A DNA stretch of 32,000 nt from Vibrio vulnificus CMCP6 (GCF_000039765.1 NC_004459.3:1290001-1322000); one strand, 5' to 3'; numbered from the stretch's first letter, positions 1-10,636 are shown. Program-made: numbers and translations. The notes: generated by a model from the sequence alone, not told the origin.

Positions 1-21
1 CCTTGCTAAATAGGCGTGCCT

Positions 22-2475
22 ATGTCAGACGTTATTCAAAACGATCCTTTTGCCGATCGTGAATCAGAAAATTACGAAAATCCCATTCCAAGTCGTGAGT
101 TTATTTTAGAGTTTCTCGAACAAGCTGGCGTACCGATGAATCGCAATGATTTGTTCGAAGCACTGCAGTTAAAAGACGAAGATCAATATGAAGGGCTAAG
201 ACGCCGTTTGCGTGCAATGGAGCGCGATGGGCAGCTCGTCTTTACTCGTCGTCAATGCTATGCCTTACCTGAAAAATTGGAAATGATTAAAGGGTACGTG
301 ATTGGTCACAAAGACGGCCACGGTTGGGTTAGACCAGAAGGCAGCGTGAACAAAGACGATGACATTCTGCTGCCTCATCACCAGATGAAAACCTTGATTC
401 ATGGCGATTTCGTTTTAGTGCAACCGACGGACAACAGCAAGCGCGGCCGCAGGGAAGGGCGTTTAGTGCGTGTGTTGGACGAGCGCAAAGCGCAAATCGT
501 TGGGCGTTTTTTCCTTGAGTATGGCTATTCCTATGTGGTGCCGGATGATTCACGCATTAGTCATGACATTCTCATCCCAAATGAGCACAAAGCGGGCGCT
601 CGCATGGGCAACGTGGTGGTGATTGAAATCACCGATCGTGGTGCTCGCTCACGTGGCATGATGGGCAAAGTGGTGGAAGTGTTGGGCGAAAATATGGCGC
701 CGGGTATGGAAACGCAAATTGCCATTCGTACACACCAAATCCCTCATGAGTGGCCGGAAGAAGTCGATAAACAGATCGCGAACTTAGGCGAAGAAGTGCC
801 TGAAGAAGCGAAGGTTGGTCGCGTGGACTTACGTCAACTGCCGTTGGTCACCATCGATGGTGAGGACGCTCGTGACTTTGATGACGCGGTTTACTGTGAG
901 AAGAAAAAAAGCGGCGGCTGGCGCTTATGGGTGGCGATTGCGGATGTGAGCTACTACGTTCGCCCTGACTCGGCGCTCGACAAAGAAGCGATCAACCGCG
1001 GTAACTCGGTTTATTTCCCATCACAAGTCGTTCCTATGTTGCCAGAAGTGCTGTCCAATGGCCTCTGTTCGTTGAATCCTCAAGTGGATCGCTTGTGTAT
1101 GGTGTGCGAAATGACCATTTCAGATAGCGGTAAGCTGTCAGGTTACAAGCACTATGAAGCGGTGATGAATTCCCACGCCCGCTTGACTTACACCAAAGTA
1201 AGCCAAATCCTTGAAGGGGATGAAGAGCTGCGTGAGCGTTACGCGCCACTGGTGCCACACCTTGAAGAGTTGCATGCGATGTACAAGGTGCTCAAAGAAG
1301 CGCGTGATCAGCGCGGGGCGATTGAATTTGAAACCGTGGAAACCAAGTTCATCTTTAACGCCGAACGTAAGATCGACCGTATTGAGCCTGTGATTCGTAA
1401 TGATGCACACAAGATCATCGAAGAATGTATGATCATGGCCAACATTGCGTCTGCCTCGCTGGTGGAAAAAGCCAAAGAGCCTGCGCTCTATCGTATTCAC
1501 GAATCGCCAGGAGAACTTCGTCTGCAAGGCTTCCGCGATTTCTTGGGCGAGTTAGGCTTAGATCTGAAAGGGGGCTTGGAGCCATCACCGACAGATTATG
1601 CGGATTTGGTGAAGCAAATTGGCGAACGTGCCGATAAAGAGCTGATCCAGACCATGTTGCTGCGCTCAATGAAGCAAGCGGTGTACAACGCAGATAATGC
1701 CGGCCACTTTGGTTTGGCCTTGCAGCGCTACGCGCATTTCACCTCGCCGATTCGTCGTTATCCGGATCTGTTGTTGCATCGTGCGATCAAATATCTGATC
1801 GCTAAAGAGAAAGGCCAAAATCAAGATCGCTGGACGCCAACGGGTGGTTACCACTATTCATTTGATGACATGGATTTCTATGGCGAGCAGTGTTCAATGA
1901 CCGAGCGTCGCGCCGATGACGCCACACGCGATGTTGCCGATTGGCTCAAATGTGAATACATGCAAGATCACGTGGGTGACGAACTTGATGGGGTGATTGC
2001 CAATGTCACCAGTTTTGGTTTCTTTGTTCGTCTGACGGAATTGCACATCGATGGTTTGGTGCACATTTCGACGCTGGCCAATGACTACTATCAATTTGAT
2101 CCGATTGGTCAACGACTTATCGGTGAAAGCTTTGGTCACATTTACCGTTTAGGCGACGCCGTCAAAGTGAAAGTGCTGGCGGTGAACTTAAATGATAAGC
2201 AAATTGACTTTGAATTGGTGGGAACAAGCCGTAAGCTACGCGGCGAAGGCAAAACCGCGAAGAAGCGCGTCGCGGAAGCGAAAGAGAAAGCCAAAGCGAA
2301 GAAAAAAGGTGTCGCTCGAGCATCGAAAGCGCCAATGCGTCACGAACCTGTCGTCGAACCGACCAAGCGTCCGGAAGAAAAAGACGGCAAGAAAAAGAAA
2401 GTGAAAAAAGCGCAGAAGAAAAAACCACACAGTAAACCGAAGAAAGCCAAGCGCAGTAAAAACGCGGCGGAGTAA
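22..2475 (+). CDS. rnr: Ribonuclease R (RNB-family 3'-5' exoribonuclease)
   Basis: ORF 16..2475 has the RNB catalytic motif region ([14 protein letters not shown]), an S1 domain and a Lys-rich C-terminal tail. Start MSDVIQND chosen at 22; the ORF may begin at 16. Confidence 0.97.
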   Translation: MSDVIQNDPFADRESENYENPIPSREFILEFLEQAGVPMNRNDLFEALQLKDEDQYEGLRRRLRAMERDGQLVFTRRQCYALPEKLEMIKGYVIGHKDGHGWVRPEGSVNKDDDILLPHHQMKTLIHGDFVLVQPTDNSKRGRREGRLVRVLDERKAQIVGRFFLEYGYSYVVPDDSRISHDILIPNEHKAGARMGNVVVIEITDRGARSRGMMGKVVEVLGENMAPGMETQIAIRTHQIPHEWPEEVDKQIANLGEEVPEEAKVGRVDLRQLPLVTIDGEDARDFDDAVYCEKKKSGGWRLWVAIADVSYYVRPDSALDKEAINRGNSVYFPSQVVPMLPEVLSNGLCSLNPQVDRLCMVCEMTISDSGKLSGYKHYEAVMNSHARLTYTKVSQILEGDEELRERYAPLVPHLEELHAMYKVLKEARDQRGAIEFETVETKFIFNAERKIDRIEPVIRNDAHKIIEECMIMANIASASLVEKAKEPALYRIHESPGELRLQGFRDFLGELGLDLKGGLEPSPTDYADLVKQIGERADKELIQTMLLRSMKQAVYNADNAGHFGLALQRYAHFTSPIRRYPDLLLHRAIKYLIAKEKGQNQDRWTPTGGYHYSFDDMDFYGEQCSMTERRADDATRDVADWLKCEYMQDHVGDELDGVIANVTSFGFFVRLTELHIDGLVHISTLANDYYQFDPIGQRLIGESFGHIYRLGDAVKVKVLAVNLNDKQIDFELVGTSRKLRGEGKTAKKRVAEAKEKAKAKKKGVARASKAPMRHEPVVEPTKRPEEKDGKKKKVKKAQKKKPHSKPKKAKRSKNAAE

Positions 2476-2512
2476 TCGGTCCGGTATCTTCTACGAGTAA
2501 ACAGGTTAACTC

Positions 2513-3256
2513 ATGAGTAATGAATTTATTTACGGCATTCATGCTGTAAGAGCCGTTCTGGACAAAGAGCCAGAGCGTTTTATTGAAGCCTATGTGCTAA
2601 AAGGGCGTCAGGATGACAGACTGATGCCGATCCTCAACGAGCTGCAAATGGTGGGCGTGTCACTGCAACAGATGACACGCAAAACCTTGGATGACAAAGC
2701 GCACGGCGCAAACCATCAGGGCATCATTGCACGGGTAAAACCGGCCAAGCAGCTGAATGAGAACGATCTGGATGACATTTTGGCCAAGCACGCTTCGCCA
2801 CTGTTGTTGATTTTGGATGGGGTGACCGACCCACACAACCTTGGCGCATGTTTGCGTAATGCCGATGCTGCGGGTGTGGCGGCGGTAATTGTACCGAAAG
2901 ACAAGTCAGCACCGATGACCGCGACCGTCAGTAAAGTGGCGTGTGGCGCAGCCGAAACGGTGCCTTTGGTGCGCGTGACCAACTTGGCGCGCACCATGCG
3001 TCATCTGCAAGAGCAAGGTATTTGGATTGTGGGTACGGCGGGTGAAGCAACGCACGATATCTATCAAGCGAAGCTGACGGGCTCTTTGGCCATTGTGATG
3101 GGTGCAGAAGGGGATGGCATGCGCCGTTTAACCCGTGAAACCTGCGATGACTTGATCAAAATCCCAATGGCAGGGGCGGTTTCTAGCCTCAATGTTTCCG
3201 TGGCCTCTGGCATCTGTTTGTTTGAAGCGGTGCGTCAGAGACTGGCATCACAATAA
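2513..3256 (+). CDS. rlmB: 23S rRNA (guanosine-2'-O-)-methyltransferase RlmB (SpoU family)
   Basis: SpoU/TrmH motifs ([56 protein letters not shown]); directly downstream of rnr as in many gammaproteobacteria. Confidence 0.97.
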
Positions 3257-3291
3257 CCACTTCGGTATAGTGAGCGGATGAAATTGAACAC

Positions 3292-3320
3292 AAGGATGGC
3301 AATGACCATCCTTTGTTTTT
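3292..3320 (+). terminator. Rho-independent terminator after rlmB
   Basis: Perfect 8-bp stem AAGGATGG/CCATCCTT, 6-nt loop, followed by TGTTTTT. Confidence 0.8.
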
Positions 3321-3345
3321 AGTGAGCCAAGTTTAGTGAGCCAAG
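3318..3345. repeat. Perfect 14-bp tandem duplication (TTTAGTGAGCCAAG x2)
   Basis: Read directly: TTTAGTGAGCCAAG-TTTAGTGAGCCAAG, immediately upstream of gph. Confidence 0.95.
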
Positions 3346-3350
3346 TAGTG

Positions 3351-4037
3351 ATGACTCAACAAGAGATAAAATTAATCGCCTTCGACCTTGATGGCACCTT
3401 GCTAGACAGCGTGCCAGATTTGGCCGTTGCGGCGGATCAAGCGACACGTGCAGTCGGTTTTCCGGGAGTAACCGAGTTGCAAGTTCGTGATTACGTCGGT
3501 AATGGCGCAGACATTCTGATTGGTCGTGCCTTGAGCCAAAGCTTAACCATCAACCCAGAGTTGAGTGATGAATTGAGAGCTCAGGCGCGTGAGCTGTTTG
3601 ATGATTTCTATCAGCAAACTGGTCATAAGCTTAGCCACCTCTACCCAACGGTGAAAGAAACGCTGAAAGAGCTGCACCAAGCGGGCTTCACCTTGGCGTT
3701 GGTGACCAACAAACCCAGCAAGTTTGTTCCGGATGTGTTGCAGCAGCACGGCATCGCTGATTACTTTGTCGATGTGCTCGGTGGTGATTCATTCCCAGAG
3801 AAGAAACCCAACCCAATCGCACTCAATTGGCTCATGGAAAAACATCAGATTCAGCCAACCGAGATGTTGATGGTGGGCGACTCTAAGAACGATATTCTGG
3901 CAGCAAAAAATGCTGGTTGTGCCTCGTTTGGTTTGACCTATGGCTACAACCATGGCGAACCTATTGCCGCCTCTGAGCCGGATTTCGTTGCCGATAGCTT
4001 GGCGCAATTGCTTGATGTGGTGCTCGTTTCTGCTTGA
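3351..4037 (+). CDS. gph: Phosphoglycolate phosphatase (HAD superfamily)
   Basis: HAD motifs FDLDGTLLDSVPDLA, VTNKPSKFV and MVGDSKNDILAAKNAG; followed by trpS. Start MTQQEIKL chosen at 3351; the ORF extends to 3336. Confidence 0.95.
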   Translation: MTQQEIKLIAFDLDGTLLDSVPDLAVAADQATRAVGFPGVTELQVRDYVGNGADILIGRALSQSLTINPELSDELRAQARELFDDFYQQTGHKLSHLYPTVKETLKELHQAGFTLALVTNKPSKFVPDVLQQHGIADYFVDVLGGDSFPEKKPNPIALNWLMEKHQIQPTEMLMVGDSKNDILAAKNAGCASFGLTYGYNHGEPIAASEPDFVADSLAQLLDVVLVSA

Positions 4038-4105
4038 AGTGCGATTCGTCTCCGCTCAATGCGGTGAAAACCACTAGAAAAATACTCGCTAATGAGTACA
4101 CTGAG

Positions 4106-4136
4106 AAAACCGTGCGCTGAGTCTGCACGGTTTTTC
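4106..4136 (+). terminator. Rho-independent terminator between gph and trpS
   Basis: 10-bp perfect stem AAAACCGTGC/GCACGGTTTT, 9-nt loop, followed by a T-rich tail. Confidence 0.75.
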
Positions 4137-4172
4137 ATTTATTTAGATTAAGAAGTCAAAGGAATCATCCCC

Positions 4173-5189
4173 ATGAGCAAACCCATCGTATTGAGTGGTG
4201 TTCAACCGTCAGGTGAACTAAGTATCGGTAACTACTTGGGTGCTCTACGTCAATGGCAACAGATGCAAGACGACTATGATTGCCAATACTGTGTGGTAGA
4301 CCTTCATGCGATTACGGTTCGTCAAGATCCGAAAGCGCTGCATGAAGCGACCCTCGACGCATTGGCCATTTGTCTCGCAGTTGGTGTTGATCCGAAGAAG
4401 AGCACGCTATTTGTTCAGTCACATGTACCAGAACATGCTCAACTTGGTTGGCTTCTTAACTGTTATACCCAAATGGGTGAATTGAGCCGTATGACTCAGT
4501 TCAAAGACAAATCAGCCCGTTACGCCAACGATGTTAACGTTGGTTTGTTTGGTTACCCAGTGTTGATGGCGGCAGACATCCTCCTTTACGGTGCACATCA
4601 AGTACCCGTGGGCAGCGATCAGAAGCAGCACCTAGAACTGGCTCGCGATATCGCGACACGTTTCAACAACATCTATTCACCAGAAAACCCAATTTTCACC
4701 ATTCCTGAGCCGTACATTCCAACGGTGAACGCGCGTGTTATGAGCCTACAGGATGCGACGAAGAAGATGTCGAAATCGGATGATAACCGTAAGAACGTGA
4801 TCACTCTGCTTGAAGACCCGAAATCGATCATCAAAAAGATCAACAAAGCGCAAACCGATACCGAAACGCCGCCACGCATTGCCCATGATTGGGACAATAA
4901 AGCGGGCATTTCCAACCTGATGGGACTGTACTCTGCGGCCACTGGTATGAGCTTTGAAGAGATTGAAGCCAAGTACCAAGGCGTAGAAATGTATGGTCCA
5001 TTCAAGAAGGATGTCGGTGAAGCATTGGTGTCGATGCTTGAGCCGATTCAAGCGGAATATCACCGTATTCGTGAAGATCGTGGCTACATGAATGAGGTGA
5101 TGCGCCAAGGGGCAGACAAAGCATCAGCACGCGCAGCGGAAACGCTAAAGAAAGTATACGAAGTGGTTGGCTTTGTTGGTCGCCCTTAA
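4173..5189 (+). CDS. trpS: Tryptophanyl-tRNA synthetase
   Basis: Class I aaRS motifs: [18 protein letters not shown] (HIGH-like) and KMSKS; full length 338 aa. Confidence 0.98.
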   Translation: MSKPIVLSGVQPSGELSIGNYLGALRQWQQMQDDYDCQYCVVDLHAITVRQDPKALHEATLDALAICLAVGVDPKKSTLFVQSHVPEHAQLGWLLNCYTQMGELSRMTQFKDKSARYANDVNVGLFGYPVLMAADILLYGAHQVPVGSDQKQHLELARDIATRFNNIYSPENPIFTIPEPYIPTVNARVMSLQDATKKMSKSDDNRKNVITLLEDPKSIIKKINKAQTDTETPPRIAHDWDNKAGISNLMGLYSAATGMSFEEIEAKYQGVEMYGPFKKDVGEALVSMLEPIQAEYHRIREDRGYMNEVMRQGADKASARAAETLKKVYEVVGFVGRP

Positions 5190-5215
5190 TTCGGACATAT
5201 TTTTTGACTATTTTG

Positions 5216-5240
5216 AGGTCGCCGTTAGGCGACCTTTTTT
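5216..5240 (+). terminator. Rho-independent terminator after trpS
   Basis: Stem AGGTCGCC/GGCGACCT with GTTA loop and following T-run. Confidence 0.88.
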
Positions 5241-5411
5241 ATTATTATAAATCCACTAATTTATACATTGCTAATATAAGCTAAATTTCATATCACATCT
5301 CAATAATTACAACTGAGTTGTAGCTCTAATTTATTTAAATTCATTTCATATTATTTATATTGATTCTTTTATCTGTTGAAAATATAAATCAGCCCATATT
5401 AATAGTTTTAT

Positions 5412-5433
5412 AATTGTGAAACATTTCGCATTT
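5412..5433. promoter_or_regulatory. Candidate CRP-binding site upstream of the porin gene
   Basis: AATTGTGAAACATTTCGCATTT versus CRP consensus AAATGTGATCTAGATCACATTT: TGTGA-N6-TCGCA, with matching AT flanks. Confidence 0.55.
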
Positions 5434-5659
5434 AGACTGCATCTCACTTTTCTTTTTTCACCAAATAGAGACATTACTCTAGTTTATTAATGTGCTGGTT
5501 AAACCCTAACCGTTGTTGCCTTCAGATAAGGTGACTGGCTTTGTGCGCCCAAAATTTGACCGATATCTATTTCGTTGGCCAATCACTGAAATAACAGAGC
5601 CCTGTTTAACCGATACAAACAAATTCCCAAATTGGATATCGAGATACAAGGAAATAGCA

Positions 5660-6751
5660 ATGTTGAAACGAAATGCAGTGGCAATGGCGATCTCCTCGCT
5701 ATTGATGGCGTCCGCAGCGCAAGCCGCCACCATCTACGAAAATGAGAACGGAGACTATCTCAAGCTGTATGGTGAAGTCGGCGTGGGTGGCCACATTGGT
5801 GCGAACTTTGAGTATGGTGAGTTTTACACCGACGAGAAAAGCTACATTGATGACTCTTTCGCAACCATGGGTGTGCGTGGCAAGAATGGCCGAATGCACT
5901 ACCGCTTAGAGTTGGATTATGAGCGCGAAAACTGGCAATACGGATCGGGTGATTTAGTCCTGAGCATCGATAAATTGTTCCTCGGCTATGACTTGCTGGA
6001 AAGCAATGATTTCAACCAATACATCGAAGTGGGCTTAACCGATACCGCGTTTGACGACTACGACAAATGGGGTGACTTCACGTTTGATACCACGGTAGAA
6101 ACTGGTGAAGCGGGTGACCAAGATATGACCATCAAATACGAAGGTCGATTCTTCTCGGACATCAAAGTGGGGGCGTCATACACCTACGGTGGTAAATCGT
6201 CATCGGGCTCTGAGCTAGGCGATATCGTCAATGGTTACTTGGGTTACTTTGGTGAGCGCTTCTCTGCGGTTGTTGGTCTAGAAGGCCGTGGTGGCTCTGA
6301 TGGTAAGTCGAAATACGGTGAACAGCAGCTGCTTGGTTTTGGTGCGCGCTTTGCGGTAACAGAGGCGATCCATTTAGGCTTTAACGCCTTCCTTGAGAAA
6401 GAAGACATTGCTCAAGATAAAACCTTGGTCTCAACCGATCCGACAACAGGTGAGAGAAGCTACGTTTACAACAATTTCCAAACGGAAGAAAACAAAGGTG
6501 CGCTTGTGTCGGCTAAGTACATCTTTACCCCTCAGTGGGAGTTCACTGCATCGTACAACTTCGAGCAGTACGAGAAGTGGGATAACACCAGCGATGTTTG
6601 GGATGGTAAAGACAACAGCTGGGGTAAAGAGCGAGTTTGGGGCACCTTGGGTGTGAACTACAAACCAACCAAGTCAACCGTGATTGCATTGGAAATGAAC
6701 ACGGGTGAAGCGGCACAAGATGCGTATGCATACGCACGTGTGTACTTCTAA
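5660..6751 (+). CDS. Outer-membrane porin (Gram-negative porin family)
   Basis: Signal peptide MLKRNAVAMAISSLLMASAAQA; alternating beta-strand composition; terminal aromatic residue (YAYARVYF). Start at 5660 gives a clean signal peptide; the upstream ORF extension is unlikely to be coding. Confidence 0.85.
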   Translation: MLKRNAVAMAISSLLMASAAQAATIYENENGDYLKLYGEVGVGGHIGANFEYGEFYTDEKSYIDDSFATMGVRGKNGRMHYRLELDYERENWQYGSGDLVLSIDKLFLGYDLLESNDFNQYIEVGLTDTAFDDYDKWGDFTFDTTVETGEAGDQDMTIKYEGRFFSDIKVGASYTYGGKSSSGSELGDIVNGYLGYFGERFSAVVGLEGRGGSDGKSKYGEQQLLGFGARFAVTEAIHLGFNAFLEKEDIAQDKTLVSTDPTTGERSYVYNNFQTEENKGALVSAKYIFTPQWEFTASYNFEQYEKWDNTSDVWDGKDNSWGKERVWGTLGVNYKPTKSTVIALEMNTGEAAQDAYAYARVYF

Positions 6752-6774
6752 TCGGTCAGAGAGGATTTAGGGAA

Positions 6775-9700
6775 ATGAACAAAAAAATGACTTTGCTTGC
6801 TGGTGCGATTAGTAGCGTGTTAAGTGGCGCAGCGCTGGCAGATATTAATGACATCATCATCACTGAGTATGTTGAAGGTTCAGCGAGCAACAAAGCGGTA
6901 GAAATCAGTAATATTGGTACAAGCAATTACACTTTTGATGGCACGCTATCACTGTATTATTCGTCTTATAAAAATGTTATCAAGAATTCAAAAGGTCAGA
7001 ATGTACTTGAAGGCATCACTTTAGCACCAGGAAAAAGTATCGTGGTTGTGAATGGTGATTCAAGTACAGAACTTCGCCAGTACGTAGAGCGCCTCGGTGG
7101 TAAGGATGCTCTTGTTGTCGCTGGTACTTACGATCAAGTTCAGCATTCAGCAATGAATTTTAATGGTGATGATGCGGTTTGGCTAGGTGTTGGCTCTGAT
7201 GCTTCTGGCGTTAAAGATATTTTTGGTAACTATGGACATAGTGGCGACAAGATCTGGGCTGATCAAACCATGCGCCGTAAGTCAGGATCTAAACCATCTA
7301 CGACTTACCAAGAGGCGGAGTGGGAGAAACTGAGCATCAATGCCTTTGGTGGTTTAGGGCATCCAACGGATGTGAACGATGAGCCACTTCCTCCTCCTCC
7401 AGCAAATCTGCCTTGTACTGATGCAGAGGGCACAGTTAGCCACAAAACCATCGGCGAAGTGCAAGGTGAAGCTTACTCCTCTCCTTTGATTGAATCGGGC
7501 TATACCTCAAAAGACGAATATCTTGTCACGGGTGTGGTCAGTGCTGTGGCCACTTCGTTGGTTAAAGGTTTTTATCTGTACGATGACAATGCCGATGGCA
7601 ACGTGAAAACATCGGACGGTGTTTTTGTGAAAACATCGGGCGCGGTAAGTAAAGATATGATCGGCCAGCAGATTTGTGTGCGCGCTAAGGTCAATGAAGA
7701 CTACGGTATGACCACGTTGCTGCCAACGGGCAATATTTGGGAAGTGAAAAACAGCACACCTGTTGCAGTGACACCGGTAAAACTGGAGCGTATCGATAGC
7801 GACGATGAAACATTCCGTTCAACGCTAGAGCGTCTTGAAGCGATGCCAGTGGTGCTGGTGGAAGATATGGATGCCGCGGAAGGCAACCAGGATATGCGTG
7901 TATCACGTACGTTTAGCTTTGACTACAGTGCGAAGCGCAACAATATGGTCATCGCTTATAAGCGTCCAAACCCGCAACCAAACCAAGACCATGTAGCGGG
8001 CAGCGATGCCGCGAAGGCGCAAACCGCGCAAAACAAAGATTACCGCATTGTGGTGGAATCGGATGAAAAACCAGCCGATGGTAAGATCCCATACTACCCA
8101 GAGTTCGCTAGCGATCCACACAACAACTACATCCGTATTAACGATTCCGTTGTAGGCATGACTGGGGTACTTCACTACTCATACAATGAGTTCCGTTTGA
8201 TCCCAACAGCCAATGTGACGAAAGCGAATTTTGTTCACAACACACCACGCACATCGTCGCCAGTGATTAAAGAGTCGTACGGGGATGATGGCTTTACCAT
8301 CAAAGTCGCGACGCAAAACGTGTTGAACTACTTCAACTCGCCATACGGTGGTCATGACAACCAGTTTGGTGACAACCGTGGTGCAGAGTCTCAGCAAGAG
8401 TTTGAGCGCCAACAAGCGAAAATCGTCGAAGCGATCTACGGCTTGGATGCGGACATCGTTGGCTTGATGGAAGTGGAAAACAACGGTTTTGGTGATTTCT
8501 CGGCGATTCGTGAACTGCTAGAAGCGATCAACGCGAAGTACTACAAAGAAAACTACAAAGATCGTTTTGCGCGTGAGTCGATCCACAACCGTTACGTCTT
8601 TGTCGGGTTTGATAAAAACGGCGACCAAGTGCTGGATCAGTTTGATACGATCGGATCGGATGCGATCACCACGGGCATCATTTACCGCCCATCGAAAGTG
8701 TCAGTGATCGCCGGTAAAGTGATCCCAATGCCTTGGCAGGACGCGCCAATGATCGTCGATGCAGACGGCAAGCCAGTAGTTGATGGTAAAGGTGAGTTGG
8801 CTGAAAGCGGTAAAAACTATCAGCGTAACACCGTTGCCGCGACCTTCCGCGTGCTCAATACAGGTAAACAGCTAACCGTTTCAGTGAACCACTTGAAATC
8901 AAAAGGCTCAACCTGTTGGGATGATTACGTTGGTACCAAAGCGGTCGATGATGATGCGCAAGGCTCGTGTGAAAACTTCCGTGTGGCTTCGACTTACCAT
9001 CTAGGTCAGGAAATGGCGAAGATTGGTGGTGACCAGATCGTTCTCGGCGACATGAACTCTTACGCACATGAAGATCCAATGCTGGTGCTAACGAGTAACC
9101 CGACGAAAAAAGCACTAAAAGCAGCGGATTACATCAAAGTGGGTAATAAGTGGCAGTTCAACGGTGAGCAAGGTCCTGTCATTACTCAAACCTTTGGTTT
9201 TATCAATGCCGTTGACTACAAGACGCCAGCAGGTGAGACCTCTTGGAGCTACTCTTACAATGACGAAGTGGGCTCACTCGATCACCTGTTGATCACCTCC
9301 TCGTTGAAATCACGTCTTGTGGACGCCGTCGATTGGCACATCAATGCGCCAGAATCAACGCTGTTTGACTATTCGAACAAGTACAAAGGCGGTGATTTGA
9401 ATGAAGCGAACCCATTCTACAAAGCAGATGCGTTCCGCTCTTCAGACCACGATTCAGCGCTTGTGACCATTGGTTATAAATACGGTGAAGCGGGTGAAAG
9501 CCAAGTGGTGATCGGCACTAAGAGTGATCGTGCTGACGTTTACTTCCCTGTATCAGAAAGCGTGAAGAACGGCGACGTGGCTGAGCTCACCATTTCGCCA
9601 GCGCCACAAGGTGTGGTTCCTCTGCGTGAAACTGTCGGTAAAGATGGTGCTCAGACACTACGCTTCGATGTGGCTGGTTTGCCAAAAGGTGAATACACCA

Positions 9701-9915
9701 TGACTATGCGTGTGCTTCGCTCAGCAGCAACTCGCGCAGCGGCAGATGAAACGGTGGTAGAAAGCAAATCGATGACGGTTACTGTTGCGAAGCGTGATTC
9801 AAGCAACGTCAAACCAGTTGTACCTGCCTATGATGGTTCTGGTGGTGCATTTGGCTTCGGTGCGCTGCTATCACTGTTCGGTTTTGGTTTCTTACGTCGC
9901 CGCCGTTCGCTATAA
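6775..9915 (+). CDS. ExeM/NucH/Xds-family extracellular endonuclease with N-terminal lamin-tail-like domain and GlyGly-CTERM sorting tail
   Basis: Signal peptide; LTD-like segment DINDIIITEYVEGSASNKAVEISNIG; EEP-nuclease segments (KVATQNVLNYF, DIVGLMEVENNG, LTVSVNHLKSKGS, VLGDMNSYAHEDP, SLDHLLI, RSSDHDSALVTI); C-terminus GSGGAFGFGALLSLFGFGFLRRRRSL. Confidence 0.93.
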   Translation: MNKKMTLLAGAISSVLSGAALADINDIIITEYVEGSASNKAVEISNIGTSNYTFDGTLSLYYSSYKNVIKNSKGQNVLEGITLAPGKSIVVVNGDSSTELRQYVERLGGKDALVVAGTYDQVQHSAMNFNGDDAVWLGVGSDASGVKDIFGNYGHSGDKIWADQTMRRKSGSKPSTTYQEAEWEKLSINAFGGLGHPTDVNDEPLPPPPANLPCTDAEGTVSHKTIGEVQGEAYSSPLIESGYTSKDEYLVTGVVSAVATSLVKGFYLYDDNADGNVKTSDGVFVKTSGAVSKDMIGQQICVRAKVNEDYGMTTLLPTGNIWEVKNSTPVAVTPVKLERIDSDDETFRSTLERLEAMPVVLVEDMDAAEGNQDMRVSRTFSFDYSAKRNNMVIAYKRPNPQPNQDHVAGSDAAKAQTAQNKDYRIVVESDEKPADGKIPYYPEFASDPHNNYIRINDSVVGMTGVLHYSYNEFRLIPTANVTKANFVHNTPRTSSPVIKESYGDDGFTIKVATQNVLNYFNSPYGGHDNQFGDNRGAESQQEFERQQAKIVEAIYGLDADIVGLMEVENNGFGDFSAIRELLEAINAKYYKENYKDRFARESIHNRYVFVGFDKNGDQVLDQFDTIGSDAITTGIIYRPSKVSVIAGKVIPMPWQDAPMIVDADGKPVVDGKGELAESGKNYQRNTVAATFRVLNTGKQLTVSVNHLKSKGSTCWDDYVGTKAVDDDAQGSCENFRVASTYHLGQEMAKIGGDQIVLGDMNSYAHEDPMLVLTSNPTKKALKAADYIKVGNKWQFNGEQGPVITQTFGFINAVDYKTPAGETSWSYSYNDEVGSLDHLLITSSLKSRLVDAVDWHINAPESTLFDYSNKYKGGDLNEANPFYKADAFRSSDHDSALVTIGYKYGEAGESQVVIGTKSDRADVYFPVSESVKNGDVAELTISPAPQGVVPLRETVGKDGAQTLRFDVAGLPKGEYTMTMRVLRSAATRAAADETVVESKSMTVTVAKRDSSNVKPVVPAYDGSGGAFGFGALLSLFGFGFLRRRRSL

Positions 9916-9934
9916 GCATAAAGTGTAAACCCTT

Positions 9935-9965
9935 AAGGCCAGCAATTTGCTGGCCTTATTTTTGT
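9935..9965 (+). terminator. Rho-independent terminator after the nuclease gene
   Basis: Stem AAGGCCAGCA/TGCTGGCCTT with 3-nt loop, followed by ATTTTTGTT. Confidence 0.9.
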
Positions 9966-10057
9966 TCTATCGGTCAAAAGGCTTGCCTTTCGCGACTGGT
10001 GCTGCAAAATACCGCCCTTATCTATCCGTTCATCTTTGAGTGAGTTGTTGTTTTCCA

Positions 10058-10636
10058 ATGCTATTGATCATCGATAATTACGATTCGTTTACTTACAACC
10101 TTTACCAGTACTTTTGTGAACTGGGCGCACAGGTGCAAGTGGTACGTAATGATGAGATTGATCTGGCGGGTATCGCACAACTAAACCCCACACACCTGGT
10201 GATCTCTCCTGGGCCTTGTACGCCAAACGAAGCGGGGATTTCGCTGGCTGCGATTGAGCACTTTGCCGGTAAACTGCCGATATTGGGGGTGTGTTTAGGC
10301 CATCAAGCGATCGCGCAAGTATTTGGTGCGAAAGTGGTGCGAGCCAGACAAGTGATGCACGGCAAAACCTCGCCTATTACGCACAATGGCCGAAGCGTCT
10401 TCAAAGGGTTGAACAATCCACTGACCGTGACGCGTTACCACTCACTTGTGGTGGAAAATGGCTCGCTACCAGCGTGTTTTGAGCTCACCGCATGGACAAC
10501 TCATGCCGATGGCAGCATGGACGAAATCATGGGCTATCAGCACAAAACACTGGCGATTGATGCGGTTCAGTTTCACCCAGAGTCGATCAAAACTGAGCAA
10601 GGACATCAGTTACTAGCGAACTTTCTAGCGCGCTAA
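10058..10636 (+). CDS. pabA: Aminodeoxychorismate synthase component 2 / anthranilate synthase glutamine amidotransferase
   Basis: [26 protein letters not shown] (nucleophile Cys) and VQFHPES; genomic context next to argD as in enteric pabA. Start chosen at 10058. Confidence 0.93.
   Translation: MLLIIDNYDSFTYNLYQYFCELGAQVQVVRNDEIDLAGIAQLNPTHLVISPGPCTPNEAGISLAAIEHFAGKLPILGVCLGHQAIAQVFGAKVVRARQVMHGKTSPITHNGRSVFKGLNNPLTVTRYHSLVVENGSLPACFELTAWTTHADGSMDEIMGYQHKTLAIDAVQFHPESIKTEQGHQLLANFLAR

Noticed and set aside
1034-1669. Antisense ORFs overlapping rnr (74, 129 and 78 aa).
   Set aside because: They lie opposite a strongly conserved coding sequence, have no recognisable domains, and look like by-products of codon bias.
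5513-5659. 49-codon N-terminal extension of the porin ORF.
   Set aside because: The clear signal peptide begins at 5660 (MLKRNAVAMAISSLLMASAAQA); the upstream residues would block export and look non-coding.
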